DNA from: Psammoneis japonica
Taxonomy: Eukaryota
DNA: 55,876 nt
Reading direction: 5' to 3'
NCBI GenBank assembly: GCA_008632985.1
Contig: QPGO01000212.1
Span: forward strand, 62,001-117,876
Below are positions 12,345-24,149 of the stretch, one piece after another. Made by a program: the position numbers and the translations under genes. Positions within the stretch are counted from its first letter, which is position 1, and every line of letters starts with the position of its first letter. A model generated the notes under the pieces. The model did no database searches, had not been told where the DNA came from, and was given only the letters and a program-made list of their open reading frames with translations.

Positions 12345-13440
12345 TCAATGGAGGAACACTTGGAGGAAGAGGATGGTGTTGATGGTGTCTTCGAGAAATG
12401 GGCTGATGGCCAGCTGGCGGCAAAAGTCGACCCAAAGGTTCCAGTGGGCATCGGCGGCGGTGGATCGGGAAGAGGCAATGCCGCGTTGCACTGCGTCCTG
12501 CACAGCGCTGAGATCACGCAGGAATGCAGTGCGGGTGGCGGGGTCCACAGATGCCAAGACTTGTTCTGTGGACAAGCAGAGTTCAGGCAAGAAAGAAACG
12601 CGACGTCAGAGAGGTGTTGCAGGCGCGGAGCGTCGTCACCAGCACGGCTCCAAATGCCCGGGTGGCAATCATGGAGGCCGATGTAACGGTGTTGGCGTTG
12701 ATGGTGCGCTTGAAGCCTGAGGAGTTTTGAAGCTGGTTTGGCCGTGGTGGCAGATCCCTTGCGTTGCCAGTGCATGGTGCCAAGGTTGTCGGTGCGGTTG
12801 AGGTTGGTGCGCTCGCGGACATCGTAAGTGTCGGCAGCGGCGTGGGTGTGGACGACACTGCCGACGAGTTCAAGGTCGGTGTTGGTGATTGGGCCGTGTG
12901 GATTTTTGTGTGTGGCGAGGGAGTCCATGACATCCTTGGGGAATTGCAGGTGCCACGCTGTGGGCCTGGGTCACGTTGGGTGCGACGTCGACCAGAGGAA
13001 TGGCGCAGCTTGGCGGCTCGTGGGACTGCAGTGGGAGTTGGCACGAGCACCCCGCCCGCTCCGTGACCGGCAGCATCGTGACAACCGTGAACAGTTGGGG
13101 GCAGTGGTGCGAGCTCTTGGATGCGGATGGGACGTGAATCCAGGGATTGGCAGAGATTGCAAAAATCATCCAGTGTGGAATGTACGTTGGCCGCAAGATG
13201 GATGCGTGAGTCCGGTGTGGTGTGGCGGAGTGCCTCCTGCAATTCGGAGAACAGGCCTCGCGAGCCGGGCATGGCCACCGCGAGGGAACGTAATTCTCCC
13301 AGGAGTTTCTGATGATCTTGAACGGCAATGCGCTTGCATGAGCGGGGAAAGTCCTTGTAGAGTGTGTCGTGCAGTCGTGCGCGATGGCGTGGGGTGAGTC
13401 GGAGTGTCATCGACAGTGTGTCGATCAACCAACCTAACAC
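12345..13440 (-). pseudogene. RT thumb / RNase H and truncated YR start of the Ngaro/DIRS-like element
   Basis: LGWLIDT, LLGELRSL, HDAAGHGAGGV, ITNTDLELVG and RTDN, spread over two frames. Confidence 0.7.
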
Positions 13441-16400
13441 CTCTTTTTCTGTGTTGACCAGGTGGCGTCACCCTTGCGGAGCTTTTTAACAGACACAGGC
13501 TCCTTGTGGGCGGCAACGTTGTCCGCATCAGTGGGGTGAAACATGTCATCGATCGCGTGCAATGGCACATGATGCATGTTCCGTCGGGCTGCAGTGGACC
13601 CCTGCACGGCGCCGACAAAGTCATCGATGCATGTGTCGATGTGGGCTAAACGTCGGCGGCGACTCGGATTGAGGTGTGGATCTGGCAACGTTGGAACCAG
13701 CACGGCTGTTGTTGGGGGAGGTGATGTTGGTGGGGGTGCATGGGTGGGTGCGCGACTGGATGCCAATTGCTCCAACGGGTGGGGTGGCACCGTCCCGGCG
13801 CGTGCTGGCTGTAAGTTGGCTAGATCTGCCACCATCTCGGTGGCAGCGCTGAAGCACGGTGGCGAGTTTGCCCAGCCCATGGGCAACCGAGTGGGTGTGG
13901 CGACCAGCGGGGGTTCACCCGGCAAGTGTGGGAAAACCACGCCAAGTCGTTGGGCGCTGTCGGGATTGAGATGCATCTGACAGAAGCCATCCGCTAGATC
14001 AACCTTCATGAGGTAGACGTGACCGTGCGATGGGTTGGCCAGCAAAATGCGGCGCAACAACCGGTCGAGTGTGCGTCCGAACTGCATGGCTTCCATCGGG
14101 GTGTTTGGCTGAGTCGCGTCGTTTGTGCCGCAGAATGTACAGTCAACGATTGGTCGCGGCCGACGTCCACACTGGGGTGCTACGCCGATGGGGCTCAGCC
14201 GCAATCCGGGCATTCCCTTTATTTCCTCACATGGGAGGACCACCCAGAAACCCTTGTCGACGCAATCGGCCACATCCTCCCGGAGGAATTCAATGTGCTC
14301 GCAGGCGGACTTGTGTGGCCCCCTGGCCAAACTTGCTTCAAGCTCCTGAGGTGTCCATGGTGCATCTGCGAGGGTGATGGGGACACCGCGGTGTTTGCAG
14401 TTCCGCAGCAGCCTGTGGGCTGGGTGACCACGTGTGTGGCACAGCAGTCCCCAATCCCCTCTGCCACTGCGGTGATGCAACAAGTAACTTGGTCCTCCAA
14501 GGCGCAGCAAATTTGTGTCACGTAATGTGCGCTCACCTAATTTGTCAGTCTGCACAGCATTGGCAACAGCCTGTGTGCGTGATGTGCTGTGGTTGTTGCT
14601 GTCTGTGAATCTCTCCGCCTGTGGGGGTGGCGGCACTGCCAACAACACCGGTGGCAGCTGACATGGCTCTCGGCCCCGAGTCGCCGAACTCGGGCCATTG
14701 CCGATGACCTGTTCGGTCTTCCAATGCTCCGTCGCCCACGTGAGGAGGTTCGCTTGGTCGCTCTCCGCGTGGTTATGATGGTCAGCAACACAACCACAAA
14801 TGGAATTGCACTGCCCTTTCAAGTGGTGCGGGAGGCACCGTGGGTTTCCTTGCGCATCAACCGGCAGTGCGACTCTGTTCTGGGTGCAACGATGCTTCAC
14901 CTCGCGTGACCTCATGTTGGGACGGTCGCGGATGGCATTAAACCGTTCATCGCATTGGGGGTTGCGCACCAGCGTGTTGTCGCCCGGCACGCCTGGATGG
15001 GGATTTTGTGTGGTGCCACCCACTGGTTGTGACACCGCCGGGAGCATGGCAGCTGGGGCAGGTGCGCTCCCGGCCACCAATGTGATGGTCGGGGGCAACT
15101 TGCATCGCCAAGAATCGTTCCCCTTCGAAGCATCGCCGACCACCCGGCGCGCATGGAATGGAGCTGCAGCGTTGTAGGCTGTCTCCTGCAACCAGAACCA
15201 TGACATGAGCTCCACCTGCATGTGACGCTGGATGTCCGCAACTGGCATTGGGTTCCGTGAGCACTCCACAGCCAAGTCCTCGGCGCAGGTGTCCAGGTCC
15301 TCTCGTGAATCCACAAAGTGCCTGACCACAGGGTGACCCGCGCCAAGAAGGGTTGCCAGTGCGACGCGTGTGCTCTCCAAACAGCATTGGAGAGATTCGA
15401 ATGTGGTGGTTGCCCGAGCATCGTCTGGTGTTTCCAGCACCACAGTGTCGGCAAGACTGGGCCGACTGTCGCTGCCATGAATTTGGCAGCACATGGCAGC
15501 ACGGTGTGCAATCTGCTGCACTTGCTCCGGGGTCGTGAGGCCGAATTGATGCGGGTTAACTCCTTGCACGGGATCATCCCTGTTGTCCCCAGCGAAGTTG
15601 AAACTCATCAATTTTGACACCAAGCTGACAGTGACTGGGATGCGAAACCACACTCCCAGGGCGCGGCGTGTCTCATCCACTGCATTCTGGACCTCCGTAA
15701 TGCATCCCGCCTTGGAAGCCCGCGTGAGACGTGGCCACATGGGTGGCAGCTGATCCTCGGTGTACACTTGGCAGAGCCGCGTGAGCTTGTACACGCCCAG
15801 GTTGCCGAACGCCTGCACCGGCGTCTTTCCTTGTTCGGCTGCTCGCTGGCGAGCCTGCACGTCAATGCGTGACTGCTGTTGCTCAGCAGTGAGTCTGTCG
15901 ATTGCCCTCACCACTGGCGCAATGTGATGGGGCGGGAGAACTAGCTCGTTGCGTCCTGGCAGGTCTAGATTGACCTTCTGGTCGAAGCACCGAATGAGTG
16001 CCGAGTTCGGTGGTCGTGGCAAGACTGGCCAATCCCGTGTCACTGCAGACACGTTGGGGTCCGCCGCCATGGCAGTGCAAGCCACCTTGAGACAGTCCAA
16101 CAATGGGCGTAACGCGTCAACTTCATTCCTGGCAGTCACCGCTCCCAGAATTCGTGTGAACGCCTGCTTGGGCGGCAACCCCCCGGGAAGAAGCATGTTC
16201 ACGCAGGCGAAGGGGACATGCATCGTGAATCGTGTGCGTGCTTCTGCCGTGTTCGCTGCGTGGGGGTCCGCCGGGCCTGCCAAACCTTCAGGGTGCACCG
16301 TGATCTCCGTGGCCATCCTGGCGTCATCCAGGACAAATGCACCAGCGGCGGCGAGGCCCATCTCTTCCGGAGGGTGTGGTGCCACCGTGAGCTGGTTGGT

Positions 16401-16963
16401 GACCAGGTCCCCGGCTGGGGCATGGGTGTTTCTGTCCCAAGGCTGAGCGGGTCCAACAACAGTGGTCGGGTGGGTTGAAGCGCGATGATGCACTTGAACC
16501 ATCCCTTCATCCAGCACGCCCTGCACGCGGCAGAGGCACGTCAACGCCATCAGCACGTTGTGTTCCGATGCCGCAGATGCCCTCTGCGCTGGGGCTTGTG
16601 GGTTGCAGCGGGGATGGGCATTGCACACGGGCAGCAAAATCAATCATGGGCTCAGCATGGACTCCTTGGTGTGGGTCCTTGTTGTTCACCATGAAGCAAT
16701 CATGGCACGTCCTGAGGTTTCCCTGTTGTGGGATCTGGGCTGCGCCGGCTTGCTGCACTGGTTGGGCAGCTGCCTGTGGCTGTGCGCCCGGCCCCCCTTG
16801 TGGCGCTTGGCCTGCGGGTGCACCTGGTGGTGGCTGGGCCGGTTGTCCTGCTGGTGGCACAGGGTGCACCGGCGGAGGCGGCACATTTGGCGGTGGTTGC
16901 TGTGGTTGCCCGGGGCGGTTGCCCGCCCCCTTGGTTCACAGCGTTTGGTGGCTGGTTGTTCAT
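13434..16963 (-). pseudogene. Gag (C-terminal Cys/His finger) plus reverse transcriptase of the Ngaro/DIRS-like element
   Basis: Gag finger CLPHHLKGQCNSICGCVADH. RT motifs LSPIGVAPQ..RRPRPIVDCTF, KVDLADGFCQM, RLPMGWANSPPCF and TCIDDF (YxDD with Y->C). P/Q-rich N-terminal part lies in another frame. Confidence 0.8.
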
Positions 16964-17035
16964 GCTGCGAGTTGCGTCGACTTCTTTCTGCGATGGGGCA
17001 AAGACGGCGGAGGCATCCTGCGTCGAGGTCTTGTG

Positions 17036-17144
17036 GCGATTAAACTACACTGACGACAGCGGCTTGTCTTTGTCAATCTTGAAAGAATGAGACAAGCCGG
17101 TGATCGAGGAAAGAAAACAAACAACCCAACCTTTACAGCACGTT
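17036..17144. repeat. Terminal direct repeat, copy 1 (109 bp)
   Basis: Matches 12213-12321. Confidence 0.95.
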
Positions 17145-17544
17145 CAACGTGCATGCGTGGTTCAACAGGCAATGGGTCTTCTCCCCGATTCTGGCACTGG
17201 GTGAGGACAGTGCCCACGAAGATCGCGTTTCGGGCTTCGGGCAAATTGGTCCCAGTCCATGATGAGGCCGGCCATCCAGCAGTTCCTCCCAGCCAGATAG
17301 AAGAAGAAGAGAAAAGGAAAAGGAAGGAAAAAAACAAACATTGATGAAGGTTTGAAAGGGTGCGCTGCAGCACCGCAGTGCGCACAGCAGTGAAGACGGA
17401 CGCAGACAGGTGCAGACGCGCTGCGTGGAATTTGGTGCGAAGTGTCACACGTTTGCGTGCGCAGAAGGATGTGGATCACCAACGGCTGGAATGAAGCAGC
17501 ACACCACACAGCAGTCAGTGCAGCTCTGTCATCACGGCGCTAGA

Positions 17545-18999
17545 ATGGCGGAGGACAACATCGTTGCGTCTGGCAAAGCAGAGGATGCAGCAGCTCCGGA
17601 AGTCATGGCAGAAGTCACGGGCGCCGAAGGCGCGGCGGCAGCTGCCATGACTGCACTTGGCGCTGAGGGAAGTGCCGAGGGTGTGTCCGTCGAGTCCGAA
17701 TGCGCAAGGATGTCGGAGAAGCCGGCGCAGTCCCAAACTGAAAAGAGGGAGAAAGCCGTGCCGCCAGAGCCAACCTTTCAAATTTGTGGTTGGAATGAAG
17801 CACAGCAGCTGGGTCACACCGCCGAGCAGCTCCTTGAGGCCGGTTACAAGATCGAGTTGGTGGGTGATCAGGCCACCTTTGTGAAACCGGAGGTCCCACC
17901 TTTTTGCAGCGGCAAAAGCGAGGAGGCAGCCAATCCCGCGGCCAAAGTGGTCGCGAAAGCAACGGCGGAAGAGGAAGAAGAAGGAAAGCAATTTCCGGAC
18001 CCCAACGATCCGTCATTCGACTTGTGGGACTGGGTGTTGCGGCACGAAAAATCCGACAATTTCCAGGAGTCCATGTGCCTGATGAAGGATGCGCCGAACA
18101 ATCCCGACCTCTGGTTCCCCGCGCTGGGAGAACTGGGGTGCATCAGGAGCGACCCTGAAGCCGTCGCGAATGCTCACGGCGATCACTGCAAGTGGGTGTG
18201 GAGGTGCCGCACGGAAGTCGGCGAGAGGGGCATCCCAGACTCAACGCCGAAGAGCAACAAAGTGTTCAAGACCGCCGTCGAGGCTTTCAAAGCGGGGTGG
18301 TTGCTCGCACTGGTCCACCTCGTGAAGAGAGCAAGTGCAGAAGTGTGCACATTTGGATGAGGCGCTGTGTCACTTCAACCTGCGTTGTTTTGCCTCGAAA
18401 AGTCCGTTTGCTCCGCAGGCCCCAAGGAGGTGGAGGTGGGTGAGCTACGCGCATCGCAACGGAGGGGCACAGGCATTGGTTTTTTTGCTTTGCGCCAGTT
18501 CCAGAAAGGCAGCACGGTTGGAATCTACGTGGGCCCCAGGGTGCCCGGTGCGACGAGGAGCCACTCGTGGTGCGACCACGACAGCAAGTTTGGAGAAGAC
18601 CACAGCGTGTGCTGCTCCACCATCCGTGACAGCGAGGGCTGCCACGTCACAGTGGAGCCAAAACCGCTTGATTTTAGCGGTCCAGGGAACAAGAATTCCC
18701 ATCCACTCTGCCTCGGAATGCACTGCGTGAACGATGCCACCGAGTCGTTCAAGGACAAGAAGAAGATCAAGGCAAGCCAACACGTGGACAACAACTGCGA
18801 GTTCTACAATGACGGGTGCTTGGCAGTCACGAAGCGAATCATGCCCGGGGAGGAATTTCTCTGCAGATGCAACTTGGACGAATCGGAGAAGAAGAAGAGG
18901 AAGGTGACGTCAGGTGCCATGAATCGGAAGAAGAAATCGCGTCTACTCCCCAAGTCGGGGGGGAGAAGCTCTGCGTCTGGCAAAACGTTCACCGTGTAG
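17545..18999 (+). pseudogene. SET-domain protein (TE cargo) with an in-frame TGA at 18358-18360
   Basis: ORFs 17410-18360 and 18367-18999 are in the same frame. SET motifs: GIGFFALRQFQKGSTVGIYVG, LGMHCVND (NH motif region) and VTKRIMPGEEFLCRCN (cf. I.xGEEL..xY). Basic NLS-like tail. Confidence 0.7.
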
Positions 19000-19221
19000 T
19001 GTGCTCTGTAAATTAGCAGCACAGTGTGTTGGTGTTTTTCAGCGAAACTGCAGCATTAGTTGGAAAGGCGCAGCCCCAGTTGTGGCTCGAAAAATGGGAA
19101 CAAGGAAGAACAGAAAGTCGGTAAATTTGCGCAAACCCAGCAAATTAGCAGGTGCCTGCACAGTCGCCTGAGTGCAGAAAGTCAGTAAATTTACGCAAAT
19201 TTAGCAAGTTATTTTGTGCTG

Positions 19222-20655
19222 TCACAGTCGCCTGAGAATGGTCTCTTCCTCTAGAGAAAGGGGGATTGAATTGTCATTCTTGCCCACTGCAGCACTCTTC
19301 AGGTAGAGAGACACGCAGAAGAACTCGTCATTTGAGTTTGTCCTGCTGGAGATGCAGTGGCACTTGGTGGGGTTAAAAATGATGACATCACCAAGCCGGA
19401 GTGCAGCGGAGATGCCTTCGGTGGGGAAGCAGAAGTGCGCCACAATCCCGTCATTCATGGTGTGGCTGCCGGACGGAGGGACTCCCACCACGGTGACTGC
19501 TGACAGGAAGAAGTCCTGGTCCCGATGGGCATTGAGGAAGACATTGCGCCCAGCTGCCAGAGAGGAGAAAATGCCATCTGACCGCACCAGGGATTTCCAG
19601 TTGTGAAACTTTTTGACACGAGCGACACCCTTGAGGATGGCACAGTCCACGCACTCATTGACAAGGTGCTCCATGCGTGAAAGAAGTCTGGTGAGGTGGT
19701 GAGTGTGTTGGTCAGCTGTGCCAGGCTGCTTGCAAGAAATTCGAGCGTCTCTCGTGGCAGCCAGGCCAATCGTGGAACACTTGCTCCTGTCCGTCTCCAT
19801 GAAGGTAACGCGTTGTTTGCCGCGCACGGTGGACTGGGCGGTGCAGCATTCTAGTGCTTCGAGCGCTCGGCACTGAGCAACCAGTTCTGCTGGGTTGGGG
19901 GAGCTGAACACCACAGCAGAACGCGGCAGCAGGGTGCAGGTGTTGTCGCAGTGGCAACCGTCCAAGCCAAAGAAAGGCTTCAGATCGAGCACAGGGTCAC
20001 AGACGACCAGAGGAGCCAAATCGGCAAAGTCAATGTCAGCAAGACAAGGTGGCACAGGCTGAGTGTAGTCGCCGTTACAAACTGGAGTGCGGTTGGCTAC
20101 GCAGTGCATGGAGAGACTCTCAGTGGCGCACGGCGCGAGTGGAACAAGGCAAGTGATCTTGGATGTTTTCCCACTGGCGCGGCTGCGGATTCGCCTGCGG
20201 CTGCGGCGGGCCTTGCGAAGTGGCGGTTGAGCCCTCAACACGTTCTCGCACATCCTGGTGCGCATTGACGATGCGGTGTTCGCAGAGAACGTGTGTGCGA
20301 ACTTGCCGGTAAATGCTCCGCTGCTTGACACTGTCACTGTTGTCTCAACAGTGCCCAAAGCAGAACTCTGTCGACAGGGACCGGCGGACTCCAGGGGAGT
20401 GGGGTCAAAACCCAATCGAGAGATGTGTCTGCTTTCCGTTGCCTCAAGAGCACCCAAAGCAAAACTCTGTTGACAGGGACCGGCGGACTCCAGGGGAGTG
20501 GGGTTGAAACCCAATCGCGAGAAGCATTTGCTTGTTGCCAGGCTGCGAGCTGCACGTCCCAAACCCCCATGCTGTCGAGACCGGCTGTAACTCGATCGCG
20601 ACAAGTGCTTGTCGTTGGCAGGACGACGCAGCAAGGCACGAGGCAGTTGTGACAT
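19222..20655 (-). CDS. 2OG-Fe(II) dioxygenase, TET/JBP-like (TE cargo, TpA-mutated)
   Basis: HxD in NAHRDQDF; DSBH strands FCFPTEGISAALRLGDVIIFNP; distal His in KCHCISSR; terminal strand CVSLYLK. Spacing resembles transposon-associated TET/JBP domains, but the canonical 2OG-binding Arg is not obvious. Confidence 0.6.
   Translation of the reverse strand: MSQLPRALLRRPANDKHLSRSSYSRSRQHGGLGRAARSLATSKCFSRLGFNPTPLESAGPCQQSFALGALEATESRHISRLGFDPTPLESAGPCRQSSALGTVETTVTVSSSGAFTGKFAHTFSANTASSMRTRMCENVLRAQPPLRKARRSRRRIRSRASGKTSKITCLVPLAPCATESLSMHCVANRTPVCNGDYTQPVPPCLADIDFADLAPLVVCDPVLDLKPFFGLDGCHCDNTCTLLPRSAVVFSSPNPAELVAQCRALEALECCTAQSTVRGKQRVTFMETDRSKCSTIGLAATRDARISCKQPGTADQHTHHLTRLLSRMEHLVNECVDCAILKGVARVKKFHNWKSLVRSDGIFSSLAAGRNVFLNAHRDQDFFLSAVTVVGVPPSGSHTMNDGIVAHFCFPTEGISAALRLGDVIIFNPTKCHCISSRTNSNDEFFCVSLYLKSAAVGKNDNSIPLSLEEETILRRL
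20354..20522. repeat. In-frame tandem duplication (99-bp period) in the N-terminus of the dioxygenase ORF
   Basis: SRLGFNPTPLESAGPCQQS / SRLGFDPTPLESAGPCRQS. Confidence 0.9.
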
Positions 20656-22454
20656 GGTGTGTCTCAATTTGAAATGTGTTTCAAAATGTGATGACGGAAG
20701 TGTTGTCGCGTTGTTTTTGTCTCCGCGGAGGGAGGATCATCCCACGGCAATCTCAGTGCGAGTTCTCGCGTAGAAGTGAGTTGCGTGCCGTGCCAGCTCG
20801 TGCGTTTGAATTGCACGGATGTGCAAGTGCGGCAACGATGAGAAGCAGGCCGAAATTCAAAACAAATTTTATCACCTGAAGGCGTCTCATTGTTTCAACG
20901 CGTCCACATGTCTGTTTAAAATGACTTCATACGTCGCTCCACACGCAGGTAGAGGCAGCACGCCGCGTTTGAAAATTTCGCGCACACAGAGGGCGCGACG
21001 GCAATTTTACGCATTCTGCGCACGTCACAGTTTGGTTTGGAAATGCGACGTCTGGTTGAACCCGCTGCAAGCAAGGTTGATGTTGCCACAAGGTTGGACA
21101 CGATGAACCATCGTCACAGAAGTGTTGGGGAGTTTTGTCTTCAAACGGCTCCGGACTCCGCGTTCCAGAGCAGGCGTGTCTCCGGAGACGGAAGCGGATC
21201 TTCGCACGGCGGCGAAGTTGGCTTCGCTTTGAGCAGCGAAGTGTTTTTGAACGAACGCCTTCTTGGCGTGAATCACACCTGCGACACATCTGTCGACGAC
21301 GCGTTCCAGCCCTAGGTGGGACTCCGTGTGACATTGGGCCCGTAGAATTCTACGTGCGAGCTCCGCAGTGCGAGAATTTAATTAATGGATGTGTTTGTCT
21401 TCAACATCAAATAAACGGCCAAGTTTGTGGCACAATTATGCCTCTTGCCACTCGACGTTTTTGCAAATGCGCCTGCCCTACGCGATTCTCAAGACATTAT
21501 AGAATCGCGCTGTAACAAAAAATGTCAAAAGTTTTTGGACGGATCGCTCAACAAGTGTACCGTAAAATGACACAAAATATCAAAAAAATCACGTAGAAAT
21601 CTACGTGCGCGACATACGACGAGATTCAAAAAACTATCGATGTCACAGTTCAGCAGCACGAGGTCCCACCTAGACCTGGAACGCGTCCGACATGGGCGGG
21701 GGAGTTGCCGGACCCAGCATCGGGCTCAAGTTACTTCGTCGCCGTTGCACCGTGGTGAGCATCAAGGCCAACCACGATTGTCACCAAGAGGCTGTACGTT
21801 GGGCTCATCGTGCTGGCCTTCGCTCGAACGGCGGGTTGGAGTTGATCAACAAGTCATTCTTGGACGAGAGGCTGGCTCCTTTGTGGAAAAAGAAAGGACT
21901 CAAGGTGTTCTTCAACAACTGCAACTCCCGCATGGTCGACAACAAGAACACACAGCAGAAGGCAGAGGCGATGCTTTCGAAGTTGTGTCGTGCTGGGGAC
22001 CGTGGTGGTGGCGCTAGATCCGCTGTTCGCGTCATACGCGGGAGAGTGGATGTGCGAGTCCTTCACGGCGGATTGCCATGATGGCGACTTTTTGTGGCAC
22101 AGCGGAGACGTGAAACATCTCGTCTTCCACAAGTGCACCAAGAAAGAGGAGACTTCTCAGTCAACCAGCCAGCACATGCAACGTCCCACTCCGACACACT
22201 TGGAACGGAAGCACTTGCCCATCGCGAAACAGCCAATTTTGCTTGAGAACTCAACTGAACTGTTTTTTTGCCATCACTGCACCAGACGTCACACACTAGT
22301 TACTCCACTCAATTCGCCATTGCTTCGCGGCAACGACAAGTCATCGTCGGAGATGGCACACACTTGAAGAGACAGAGGAAAGCTGAGTTGCAATCGACAC
22401 TTAGTTTGCCAAACATTTGCAAATTTACACCACACCGGCAAAAAATAAAAAAAC

Positions 22455-23327
22455 TCAGTCTTCATCGCTGTCCTGAAGCACCAAGTCATCATCGACGTTC
22501 AGGTCAACTTCGCAGTTGAGCTCGACATCATCGTCAGCCTCTTCTCCAGCTTCTTCCACCGGAGCTCCAATGAGACGACAGAGTTCCACAGGCAACGACC
22601 CCTCGTAGAAGCAACTGTGAAGCAAGTTCTTGTTTTGGGCGCACCAACCGATGTGAAACTGACCACCTTCCTTCTGAAGCTCGGTGAGCGCCGCCTCGTT
22701 GCTGATCACTTCGGACCAAACAGCACCCTTCATCCAGAAGAAGTCATCTTCAACGAAGACCTCGGTGTTGTTCTCAGGGTCATCGTTGAGCTGCTTCGCA
22801 ATGCACTTCCCGAGGCCGCGCACTTTAGCATCGGTTGGGACTTCTTCGAGGAAGATGAAGAAGAGACACACGGCGCAGTTCTTGGCGTTCGTCTGCAACT
22901 CGCCTTCGTGAACCCACCTGCCAGCGCAAGGGTGGAATCCGACTTGAACCGCCCATGGAGTCCTGCTGCGAAGGTTGTCAAACAGAACCTTCTCCGACCA
23001 AACATTGGTTGAAAGGGGATTCTTGGCTTGGAGACGAAAAACGATGCCTTTCTTGCGGCCGACAGTGACGGTGGCGCAGCACAGGAGGGCGTCCTTGTTG
23101 GAATGGCTGCCATCGTCAGAACCGGCGGATTTGGAAAGCTTGAACCCGTGCTTGGCAAGGTGGTCTTCCGGCTTGAGGTCGTCGTCGGTCAAGCCGTTGG
23201 TCTTGCGGGGCGGACTTGGTTTCTTCAACAGAGCATCAGAAAACTTCATCTTTGCCTTCTTCTGTTTGGTTTCGGCGACTTTGGCTTTCGCAGCCGGGGA
23301 GGTTGTTGTGTTTCTTTTGCGTGCCAT
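22455..23327 (-). CDS. Unknown protein (TE cargo) with basic N-terminus and acidic C-terminus
   Basis: Natural-looking ~290 aa ORF from MARKRN; Tyr-poor and Cys/His-rich; no recognised domain. Confidence 0.45.
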   Translation of the reverse strand: MARKRNTTTSPAAKAKVAETKQKKAKMKFSDALLKKPSPPRKTNGLTDDDLKPEDHLAKHGFKLSKSAGSDDGSHSNKDALLCCATVTVGRKKGIVFRLQAKNPLSTNVWSEKVLFDNLRSRTPWAVQVGFHPCAGRWVHEGELQTNAKNCAVCLFFIFLEEVPTDAKVRGLGKCIAKQLNDDPENNTEVFVEDDFFWMKGAVWSEVISNEAALTELQKEGGQFHIGWCAQNKNLLHSCFYEGSLPVELCRLIGAPVEEAGEEADDDVELNCEVDLNVDDDLVLQDSDED

Positions 23328-24149
23328 CGAATCAGTCGGAGAGAAATTGTGGGAACAAAAAGTGCGATCGTTCAGAAGTGCCAAGAAAGACCCAGCAGAG
23401 CTGCGCACATCACACCAAGGAGAACTGGCAACGTCAGCAACTAGATCCAAACACGTCGAACTGCAACAAGGCAACCTTCCAGGTGTCAGCACTTGCAAGT
23501 GGTGTGTGGATTCAATTTGAACAAAACAGATGCAAGGATCGGAGCACGCAAAGTCGCACTGAGTTTGCTGAAAATGCGCAAAATCACGTGCAATTCCGTC
23601 TGTGCTTCGTGTGCATTTCAGCCGTTGCTGCCGCACGGCCATCGCGCACGAAATCTAGTCGCCAAACGGTCGACGCCATCGCTGTCACTGCACACTGTGC
23701 CGACAGTTAGCCAAGGTGGGCCCATCACCCATTTGGAGGATTCGCGCGCACTTTGGAAACACGAATGATGTCAATCGCACTGTCATTGCCACACGACTAA
23801 CTCAGCTGCCCCGCCACTCGTTAAAGCGTGATTCTACGGAATTTGCGCAAAGCTGCGCCCACCACCAAGATTGCCGAAACAACTTGAACAAGATCCGAAT
23901 CTTGCCCCATGGAATGCTCAGAGCAGACGGTCGAAACAACTTGAACAAGATCCAAATCTTGTCCCATGGGATGTTCAACGTCGACGAAACTAAGCAGGAC
24001 ATCACACGTCGAGTGCGAAGAAGGACGTGGGAGGAACGCACACGTCACTCTTCCGTTGAGGTGAAAGAGGCACACTTTCATCTCACTTTTTTGTGACAGA
24101 ACCTTTGCGCAAAGGGAAACGAAAAGCATCCAACTGTGGTGATTGGGCC

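Larger units (their letters stand above)
12090..17144 (-). mobile_element. Tyrosine-recombinase-type (Ngaro/DIRS-like) retrotransposon with most of the YR deleted
   Basis: Gag-RT-RNaseH order, then the start of an overlapping YR-like frame (WNLWVDFCRQLAISPFL) cut off by a 109-bp direct repeat that also lies at the element's 5' end (split-direct-repeat layout). No DDE integrase. Confidence 0.75.

Noticed and set aside
20380..20520. tRNA/SINE-like B-box (ggtttcaacccc on the minus strand)
   Set aside because: No cloverleaf or A-box; it lies within an in-frame coding duplication.
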